DNA of 64,000 nt from Raja brachyura. Its lineage: Eukaryota. The notes under the pieces were generated by a model, which saw only the letters and a program-made list of their open reading frames with translations, made no database searches and was not told the origin of the DNA. This document shows positions 56,301-64,000 of this stretch, piece by piece (positions within the stretch are counted from its first letter, which is position 1; every line of letters starts with the position of its first letter). The position numbers were made by a program, and so were the translations under genes. The stretch is from assembly GCA_963514005.1 (NCBI GenBank), contig OY740813.1, positions 9,486,001-9,550,000 on the forward strand, read 5' to 3'.

Positions 56301-59300
56301 AGCAGTGCAACAAGATTGTAAAGTCAGGGCTGGGGCGGTGGAAAGCGTTGGTTTGAGTCAAAAAATAATAATCAATAGGCCAGAGCACAGAAAGTGAGGG
56401 TTTTCCCAGTCCGCAGTTAAAGATTACAGCAAAAATCCAAACAACCACTAACAATAGAAAACATATTTAAATTAATTTTTAAAAACCTCTTACCTTCTTT
56501 ACCAACTCCTCGCCACTTGTACAAACATCATGCACTCGATCACGGTGAACTGTGAAATCAGTTTCAAATGCTTCATGTTTTTTCAACAATCCCTTGGAGA
56601 CCGGAGAGAAATAAAATTAAAAGCAAGTCTACAATAACTAGATACAGCACTGGAAATAGACAGTAGAAAGTAGAGATAAAACAAACTGCAGAGGCTGGAG
56701 TCTTGAACAAAAGTGCTGGGGGAACTCAGCGGGTCAGGCAGCATCTATTGAGAGGATGAACAGATGACATTTCTGTCTGAAGAAGGGTCTCGACCCAAAG
56801 GGGTGCCTGTTAATGTCCTCCACTAATGTTGCCTGACCCGCTGAGTTCCTCCATCACTTTGTTTTTTACAGCTTGACAGGTGATGGGTGTTAAGTGCCAG
56901 GGACCCTCTGAGAGCAGGAGATGGGAAAGTTAGCACCATACAGATAAATAAACATTTCAGATTCAGCAATGTGCCTTGCTTATCAGAACAATTAAATTGG
57001 TATCACTGACACTATGATAGAGGTTTACCGTAACGTGCACCAGATGCTATGCAAATATTAACAAATGGGTTACAATGGCAAATCACAAGACACTGACCTG
57101 TACAGCAGCAAGTGTATCTCCATAATCCTCGCTTGCCACCAAGTTCAACTTCTCATTGATCCATGCCTCCTCTTCCTCAACATTTGCCACAAACTGCTGG
57201 TATTCCAAGGATTCTTCCAGACGTTGTCCTCTGCAATAAATACAGTTTGACATATTTGTGTTTATAAAAACAATACACCAGGTATTTTATCACTTTCATA
57301 AAATACAAATTTTATCGATCCTTATCTACATGGAAAAATTAGGAAACATCTTTACTAGATTTTGAGAAAAGAACAGGGAGAATAAAAAACAACTTTGCCA
57401 TCGATGGGAAAGCACAAGACATTTTCTCAGTTCAAAATAGAATATACTAATAAAGAAGGAAAAAAATATATATATATATAAATGTAAATTCCTTATTGAA
57501 TATTCCTTTGATTTGTTTATATGTTTTGCTTTTGTTTCAACACATCTCTCATTTGTCTTGATGGTTTGATTTTTTTAATAAAGCACTAATGATCTACAAT
57601 CATAAGATATTGAATTAGTTCCTTGTGTATGAACTAGTTAATTTGTTTTTCTTCCCATGATCCTATCTAAATGCTTCCATTTCTGCTGCAGAGAAGTGAT
57701 GTCATTTCAAATGTGTAGGGAGGAACTGCAGATGCTAGTTTAATCCAAAGGCAGACATAAAAAGCAGGCAGCATCTCTGGAGAGAAGAAATGGGTGACAT
57801 TTCGGGTCGAGACCCTTCTTCAGACTAGTCAAGGGAAAGGGAATGGAGATATAGATGATGATGTTGAGAGATAATGAACAATGAATGAAAAATATGCAAA
57901 AGAGTAACAATGTTTTATACAGGCTATTGTTAGCTGTTTGTTGGATGAAAACGAGAAGCTGGTGCGACTTGGGTGGGGGAGGGATGGAGAGAGGGGGAAT
58001 GTCGGGGTTAATCAGAAGTTAGAGAAATCAATATTCATACCACTGAACTGAAAGCTGCCCAAGCAAAATATGAGATGCTGTTCCTCAAATTTGCGTTTAG
58101 CCTCACTCTGACAATGGGAGACATTTCAAATACTTGATTGGCTGCAAGTCACTGTGATTACAAATGGTATGATAAAATAGGTCCTTTTTTAAGACCCAGG
58201 TCTGAAACAAGAATTTGTTCATTCTCTCCACAGATATCAAATATGTTTGCTGCATTTTAGATTTTTTGCAGCCTCCATACACCAACCGTGTCTGCAATAA
58301 GCTAATAAAAACATAACTCAACAAAATCACAGCCCTTGAAAGCCATGATGGACAAAGCAAACATACCGAGCAGCTGCAAATTCCTTCAGCTCCTTCCAGT
58401 GTGCCACAAACTGTGACAGTCTCTGCTGAATTTCATCCTTTCCAATCGTATTATCATCAGACAACTTATTTCCCGTTTCCAGTACAGACTATTGCAAAAG
58501 AACAACAACCATAAGTATCCCATCTAGAATTAATGTTAACAATGAATAGACATTTCCCAGGGTAGGGGAAATCAAGAATTAGAGGTTACTGATGTAAGGA
58601 GAGAGGGTAAAGATTTAAAAGGAATCTGAGAGGCCATTTTTCATACAGAGGGTAGTTTTTAGTATCACTGAAATGTCAGGAATGGGATGTTTAATTAATT
58701 CTGTGGTAAATCAAAAGCTGCACCCTTAATTTTGTTCAAAAATCAAACATGGCTCAGGTTCCCATGTCAAAGTAGCCTGCACCCAAGTAATTCTCTATTG
58801 GGGTGCCAGGACTGGCCAGCAAATGTAAATAAAAGAGAAAGTGCTTCAGAGGGTCAAAAGCTAGGGTAGTAGGGTCAGCATGACTTTATTTCCCCAACAT
58901 AAAAGATGCGCTGAAGGACCAGTTTCTGTGTTGTATTTTATGTATCCATATTGTGTATTTTTCCAATATAGATTGGCTAATAGGATCATGGGCAGAGATT
59001 CAATAGCAACCTTCGGAAAGGGATTTGGAAAAATACTCAATAGAGATACGCAAGACAGTACAACACAGAAACAAGCCCTATAACACATAATATCCAGGTC
59101 GTGCCAACTTAAACTAATCCTCTCTGCCTGCACGTAATCCGTATCCCCCCCATTCCCTGAATATCCATGTAACCATTTAAAAGCCTCTTAAATGCCATTT
59201 TCATGGGGAATAACAGGGAAGTGAGATTCATGAATTGTTCTTTCTCTACAATCCCATTCTATGATTTGACTCAAGTTAACCTACAGTTTACAAAGACATT

Positions 59301-62300
59301 CATCCAAGACTTGTCAATTGTTAATTTGGTACAATGATATACCAGTATGTACATTTATTGACAAGCCAGGTCCCTTGATAAGTTGTTTTAGGCCTTCAAT
59401 GCTAGGTCAATGTTGTATTCAAACCTGGATTGCTGGGTCATGTGCAGCCAGCTCTGCTTCCAGACGTTTATGCTTCTTCTTCAAGTTCTGTACTCCAGTC
59501 AGATCCCGTCCATAATCTTCAGAACTCACAAGCAATTTCTTCTCCCTGTCCAAATAAAAAGAAAATGCATCATCCTGCATCGCTTTTACAGTGATGGAAT
59601 CCCTGCTAACCAGTTGTAAGATTTTCACACAGAAGTGGCTCAACATAATTTAAATGATTAGCACCATTTTAATAGAACATCATCACTTCTAAAGCATTCA
59701 ACAGCCCTTTCAAAGAAACATAGAAAATAGGTGCAGGAGTAGGCCATTCGGCCCTTCGAGCCTGCACCGTCATTCAATATGATCATGGCTGATCATCCAA
59801 CTCAGTATCCCGTACCTGCCTTCTCGCCATACCCCCTGATCCCTGTAGCCACAAGGGCCACATCTAACTCCCTCTTAAATATAGCCAATGAACTGGCCTT
59901 AACTACCTTCTGTGGCAGAGAATTCCACTGATTCACCACTCTGTGTGAAAAATGATTTTCTCATCTCGGTCCTAAAAGACTTCCCCCTTATCCTTAAACT
60001 GTGACCCCTTGTTCTGGACTTCCCCAACATCGGGAACAATCTTCCTGCATCTAGCCTGTCCAACCCCTTAAGAATTTTGTAAGTCTCTATAAGATTCCCC
60101 CCTCAATCTTCTAAATTCTAGCGAGTACAAGCCAAATTTTTGTTTTTTCTTGGCACAAACGCATCGCTTGTGTTGCCACCCTTCCTGCCATTATTTTCCA
60201 ATACCCCAGCTGACATACAACCTGGTCACAGTCATTTAAACCAAGCCTTTCAGATACTTCCTGCCCTCATTTTGAGTTTCAGCCACCTCAAAACTGGAGT
60301 GGAATCAAGTCAGTCACGACTTCGAGCAACTCTCAATGAGAATTCAAAACTTCGCACTCACTTTAACCAAGATTCCTCGTCATCCAAATCACGGAAGAAT
60401 TGGTGAAGTCTATGTGATTCATTCAGGTTAGCGCGACGAGTTGTGGCCATATTTTTAATTTTTTGAAAGCGACCGTTCACCGCAGTGCGTTTGTCCTTTA
60501 CTTGGGTGGTGTCAAAGGCATCACTGGACATGAGGCTATCAGCCTGAAGATTCAAGTCTTTCAGACGGTCCTAAAACAATCAGGTAATTAAACTATTTAG
60601 AAAAGTATGTCTATATCATCAAAAGGAATCATTTTTGTAAAGTAGCAAGCAAGCCATTAGAACAAAAGCTGCAATTTTTAAGCAAACTATGGGTTTCCCA
60701 GTGGAAGCAAAGACTTTGGCCAAACCAAATATTCTTTTGGAGCAATAAGCATTATGAATTTTAAAATGCTTCATGTAAATACAAATGAAAAAGGACAAAT
60801 AGAACAAAATGCAGGGTGTTGAATAAGGAGTGGTCTTTTAAGGAGTTGTCAACAGGTCTACCGTAAAATTCAATTATTCATATCACTAAGCCAAATAAAG
60901 CATTATTTGTAATTTTCCTTTAAAAGTTATGCATGATAACATAAACCATGCTTCAAGCAAAAATCTTTGCTTCCATCAAAGCTTTATTACACAGCCCAGT
61001 GCAGAAAGCTTAACTAGCAAATTCCCAGGGGTACATGAGCCCAAATGATCCATTAACAGTTCATACACCTGTGACTTTGCTTAACGTTAACGCTCTTATT
61101 TGCAATTAGAGCCCAACTTCCATAGAACACATCATTACCTCATGCGCACTAATGTCAGCTTCGAGAAGCTGGTGTTTCTTCAGTAGGTTATTTACAGATG
61201 CCAGGTCCTTCCCATAGTCCTCAGAGGCTAGTAGAGCTTCCACCTGTAAATTAAAAACACAAAATGTGACTCAGTGCCATGTTTAAAAAATGGAAATAAA
61301 CATCTCAAGCGACAGGTGCAAGGATCTTAGCGACAGAAATGTTGATAGAATAGGTTCATACAAAATAGCAGCATAAAGCTAAACAATCATTCACAAATTC
61401 AAAATTGAATTTGGGGGGTTTATCCATCAAGAACCTTTCACATTTATAGGCTGGGTCTGGAAAGCACAAATTCTGGATATTCAATTCACATTCTATTACT
61501 GGTCTTCCTATCTGCTTTTAATAGGAAGTATACAGGAATAAAGTGACCTGAAGTGCAATATTGTGTTGTCATTACTTATTAATGTTACAATGCATGGAAG
61601 TACATAGAAGACCATATGTTCAAAAAGGTCTTGACATGATAAAGAATCAGCCAGGCATGACATCAAGGGGGTGGTCACTGGTCCTTTTGTGCGCCTGAGG
61701 TTTTCCTAATTACAGGTGGGTCGGCTGCAGATGCTAGGATTTATAAATAATCCTGTATGCTGGTCCAAATTAAAATAGGATAGACTATAAGGAAAATGGG
61801 GCAACGGTTCTCATTGGTAGAAGTGCAATATAAGCATGGAACTCTGGCTTTCAACTCAGAACTAGACTAGACCTTTATCAAGCTGTGTGCAACCATTTAA
61901 TCATAAACTATTTTGATTAGATTGTGACTTTGTTCAGTGTTTCAGTAACAAAGCTATATTAAAAAAATGTCATGACAACAAACAGGACAAAAAAGCATGA
62001 TTTTCAGTGTGCCTGTACTCTTACACAATTTCAAGTCAACAAAAATAAGGGTAGCTAATATTAAAAGCCATAGAGCATTTAAACAGGCCCTCCGGTCTAA
62101 CTTGTCCAAGCCAACCGAGATGTCCATCTGAAATAATCCAATTTGCCTGTTTGACCCGTATCTTCCTGAACCTTTCCTATCCATATACCTGTCCAAATGT
62201 CTTTTAAATGTTATCATTGTACCTGTCTTAGCTATTTGCTCTGGCCATATACATACTACACTGTGTGGTAAAAATTGCCACTCGGGTTCCTATTAAATCT

Positions 62301-64000
62301 TTTCCTTCTCACCTCAAATCTATATCTCTAGTTCTTGATTCCTCTATACTGGGAAAAATACTGTGCAGTTACCTTATCTCCACCCCTCTTGATTTCAGAT
62401 ATCTCTAAGGGATAAACTCTAAAGGGATAATGTCCAAGACCACCCAACTTCTCCTTATAACTCATCAGTTCCTTGAATCCCGGCAACATCCTTGTAAATC
62501 TTTCCATCTGAATGGCATATTTTCTGTAGCAGGCTGACCAACGCTAAATACCTCAAGGGCAGCCTCACCAATGCTTCATACAACTGCCACATCCCAACCG
62601 TTGCACTTAATGCCCTGAATATCCAGGCAGGGATTTGGATTTGCTCTATATACCTTCCATTGTTTCTCGAGACATAATAATGTCCAACATGGAAAGGATG
62701 TTGAGGACTTACATTTCCTTACTTCCCCAATAACACACCAATCAGATGAAAGATGCTAATCAAAATTGATTTTTTTTAAAATATTAATCTCTTGTGCCAA
62801 TCACATCTTGCAAGAAATGTCTTACATGCCCTCCCATCACCAAACACCTAGACCGAATGTGGCCACAATACCCTCCATAGCCATCTGTATCCAAAAAACA
62901 CCCATGTCCGAACTGCAATCTTCTGATTCATTATACTTTGCAAGATTTTTTTTAATACAGACAATTGCAGCCATTAGCAAAGCCAATGAAATGAAACTAT
63001 CGATTTAATGTCAAAATCTAAAAATGTGGGCAATATTATGTAGATCCACTTACCTCAGAGAGCCAGAAGTCGAAGTCTTTGATTCCAGTGTTGAAATTTT
63101 GCTGCTTATTGGCCTCTTTCAGCTTCTGACTTTTTTCTGCTGATTTCTGCACCAAATCCCCCCATTGGTTACCCAGCGTTCCCAAACGGGCCTATTAGAC
63201 AGAAGGATATTCAATTGCTATTCCAAGTCAAGGTAAAGCATTTGCACAAGCATATTGGAGTGTTTTCTCATATTTTCTTGGGGGACACATTGTTCCCCAA
63301 CAGTACAGCTTGTAGTATATAGGTTATCCTTCATGTTTGTGTCATTAAAAGATGTGCATGCAACTAGCCCAGTACATAAAACTCTGAGGTAAGTTGCCCA
63401 AATACTTTACTGCATTACCTGTTGCAAAATTGGAATCCAACAAAACAACATTGAACTGTTCTAAAATCAGGACCTGAAATGAGCTACTTCAAGTATATTG
63501 GCAGATATAACGAGTGTAACGAATCCTATAAAATGTATTGTGTATTTACTTTGATTCGCCTTCGATTCCTCTAACTGTTTTCATTGAAGCAACTAAAAGA
63601 TGCTGCACATCAAAAATACCTCAGTGTGTATACCCAGCCACTTCAAGATGCAGAAGTAATACATCAAATACCAGGTACCTTACTTTAGATTGTTGTTGCT
63701 CAGAGTGTTGAGATGTGAATGGATGTTAAGTGAAAGCCCGTATTTCCAAGAAGAATTAGAAATTCTGTTTTCATCGACCAACCCCCTAAATACTTAATTG
63801 CCAAGAAAATCAAGAGCAATTATCTTCACTGTCCAGCCAGTGATAATGTACAAAACAAAGTTATTTCTGGCGTTTCGATATCCAAGTTACTTATGTACTG
63901 CAATTACCTGGACAGCATCTTCACTACCAGCACAAGCCCCTCGGTCAATCAGCGATTTCCCCATGTCTATGACCCCACGGATTCTGTCGGCATTGGCATG
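38221..64000 (-). CDS. SPTAN1: Spectrin alpha chain, non-erythrocytic 1 (alpha-II spectrin), C-terminal ~894 aa in 21 exons; 5' part lies beyond the right edge
   Basis: Spectrin repeats then EF-hands, ending [14 protein letters not shown]; all exons GT-AG with consistent phase, 2685 nt in window. Confidence 0.98.
38680..39100 (+). mobile_element. Old CR1 3' fragment
   Basis: ACTGCACTTAGAG..ACAGGAAAGATGTG..GGTGACCTTATGGAAGTTCATAAAATGATGAGAGGCATAGATAGG. Confidence 0.6.
39186..39333 (-). CDS. SPTAN1: SPTAN1 exon (EF-hand region)
   Basis: [49 protein letters not shown]. Confidence 0.96.
39579..39725 (-). CDS. SPTAN1: SPTAN1 exon (EF-hand)
   Basis: [49 protein letters not shown]. Confidence 0.96.
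39808..39861 (-). CDS. SPTAN1: SPTAN1 exon
   Basis: [18 protein letters not shown]. Confidence 0.95.
40374..40570 (-). CDS. SPTAN1: SPTAN1 exon
   Basis: [66 protein letters not shown]. Confidence 0.96.
40690..41192 (-). mobile_element. Rex1/Babar-type LINE 3' fragment
   Basis: [30 protein letters not shown]; 3' UTR ..ACATGACAATAAAACACTCTTGACTT. Confidence 0.75.
41792..41846 (-). CDS. SPTAN1: SPTAN1 exon
   Basis: [18 protein letters not shown]. Confidence 0.95.
42048..42203 (-). mobile_element. CR1 extreme 3' end
   Basis: TAGAAACATAGGAAATAGGTGCAGGAGTAGGCCATTCAGCCCTTCGAGCC. Confidence 0.8.
42357..42570. mobile_element. Inverted pair of Penelope-like terminal repeats
   Basis: AATGCTGAAGTAACTCAGCGGGTCAGGCAGCA..CCTGGAGAAT.. 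mirrored by ..ATTCTCCAGGGATGCTGCCTGACCGCTGAGTTACTTCAGCATT; CTGAAGAAGGGTC at ~42490. Confidence 0.8.
43135..43318 (-). mobile_element. Degenerate tRNA-derived SINE
   Basis: GAAAACGTGCAAACTCCAC..GGATCAAACTTGTGTCCCTGGAGCTGAGGCGGCAGC, related to 25998-26314. Confidence 0.55.
44093..45581 (+). mobile_element. Full-length Tc1-like DNA transposon, decayed
   Basis: TA|CAGTATCCTCCATAATGTTTGGGACA ... TGTCCCAAACATTATGGAAGGCACTG|TA; long (~160 bp) TIRs; TA target duplication. Confidence 0.95.
44421..45395 (+). pseudogene. Tc1 DD34E transposase pseudogene
   Basis: HTH ([16 protein letters not shown]), [38 protein letters not shown]; in-frame stops and frameshifts. Confidence 0.92.
46944..47006 (-). CDS. 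SPTAN1: SPTAN1 63-nt cassette exon ([21 protein letters not shown])
   Basis: Symmetric phase 2-2; matches the 21-aa insert known from mammalian cardiac alpha-II spectrin; weak donor AAG/GTTTTT. Confidence 0.9.
48412..48429 (-). CDS. SPTAN1: SPTAN1 18-nt microexon (TYLLDG)
   Basis: ctacag|GACATACCTACTGGATGG|gttaat; restores QETR-TYLLDG-SCMVEE. Confidence 0.9.
48935..49248 (-). mobile_element. tRNA-derived SINE (same family as 25998-26314)
   Basis: GGGCGGCACCATGGTGCAGCTGGTAGAGCGGCTGCCTCGCAGCGCC..CCCAGGTTCATTCC A/B-box head. Confidence 0.85.
49795..49907 (-). CDS. SPTAN1: SPTAN1 exon
   Basis: [38 protein letters not shown]. Confidence 0.96.
51029..51325 (-). CDS. SPTAN1: SPTAN1 exon
   Basis: [38 protein letters not shown]...[23 protein letters not shown]. 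Confidence 0.97.
51789..51998 (-). CDS. SPTAN1: SPTAN1 exon
   Basis: [40 protein letters not shown]...QEHFRK. Confidence 0.96.
53815..53891 (-). CDS. SPTAN1: SPTAN1 exon
   Basis: [25 protein letters not shown]. Confidence 0.96.
54145..54791 (-). mobile_element. Penelope-like retroelement 3' part: GIY-YIG endonuclease remnant + 3' UTR/terminal repeat
   Basis: Minus strand [21 protein letters not shown] ... [38 protein letters not shown], then CTGAAGAAGGCTCCCGACCCAAAACATC repeat unit. Confidence 0.88.
54878..55037 (-). CDS. SPTAN1: SPTAN1 exon
   Basis: [53 protein letters not shown]. Confidence 0.96.
56494..56592 (-). CDS. SPTAN1: SPTAN1 exon
   Basis: [33 protein letters not shown]. Confidence 0.96.
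56680..56865. mobile_element. Inverted pair of Penelope-like terminal repeats
   Basis: GGAACTCAGCGGGTCAGGCAGCAT ... CTGAAGAAGGGTCTCGACCC ... ATGTTGCCTGACCCGCTGAGTTCC. Confidence 0.8.
57098..57230 (-). CDS. SPTAN1: SPTAN1 exon
   Basis: [44 protein letters not shown]. Confidence 0.96.
57713..58121 (-). mobile_element. 5'-truncated Penelope-like element with 10-bp TSD and hammerhead-like motif
   Basis: CATTTCAAAT at 57703-57712 and 58122-58131; [34 protein letters not shown] (GIY-YIG C-terminus); CTGAAGAAGGGTCTCGACCCGAAATGTCACCC at ~57792-57823. Confidence 0.88.
58367..58488 (-). CDS. SPTAN1: SPTAN1 exon
   Basis: [41 protein letters not shown]. Confidence 0.96.
59425..59545 (-). CDS. SPTAN1: SPTAN1 exon
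   Basis: [40 protein letters not shown]. Confidence 0.96.
59714..60133 (-). mobile_element. Young CR1 3' fragment
   Basis: AGAAACATAGAAAATAGGTGCAGGAGTAGGCC...CTTCTAAATTCTAGCGAGTACAAGCC. Confidence 0.92.
60362..60570 (-). CDS. SPTAN1: SPTAN1 exon
   Basis: [20 protein letters not shown]...[15 protein letters not shown]. Confidence 0.96.
61139..61243 (-). CDS. SPTAN1: SPTAN1 exon
   Basis: [35 protein letters not shown]. Confidence 0.96.
62068..62620 (-). mobile_element. Older CR1 3' fragment
   Basis: [17 protein letters not shown]; AACAGGCCCTCCGG tail; CCCGGCAACATCCTTGTAAATC. Confidence 0.75.
63054..63191 (-). CDS. SPTAN1: SPTAN1 exon
   Basis: [46 protein letters not shown]. Confidence 0.96.
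63908..64000 (-). CDS. SPTAN1: SPTAN1 exon, partial at the window edge
   Basis: [31 protein letters not shown], donor CAG/GTAATT. Confidence 0.95.

Overview
Vertebrate genomic DNA, most likely a cartilaginous fish (skate/ray-like, inferred only from the repeat families). It holds the conserved SET - DYNC2I2(WDR34) - SPTAN1 gene block. SET (minus strand, 8 coding exons, 277 aa) and DYNC2I2 (plus strand, 8 exons, 500 aa) are complete and lie head-to-head across a ~0.55 kb CpG-rich promoter. The last 21 coding exons of SPTAN1 (minus strand) converge on DYNC2I2 and include an 18-nt microexon and a 63-nt cassette exon. The left edge is the 5' part of a young, nearly intact L1 retrotransposon. Introns carry a full-length decayed Tc1 transposon, CR1 and Rex/Babar LINE pieces, tRNA-derived SINEs and many Penelope-like element remnants whose terminal repeat contains a minimal hammerhead-ribozyme motif; one of these sits sense-oriented in the putative long 3' UTR of SET. 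No prokaryote-type systems were seen, and most entries in the ORF track are spurious. Exon boundaries were read by hand from GT/AG sites and phase continuity; repeat boundaries are approximate.
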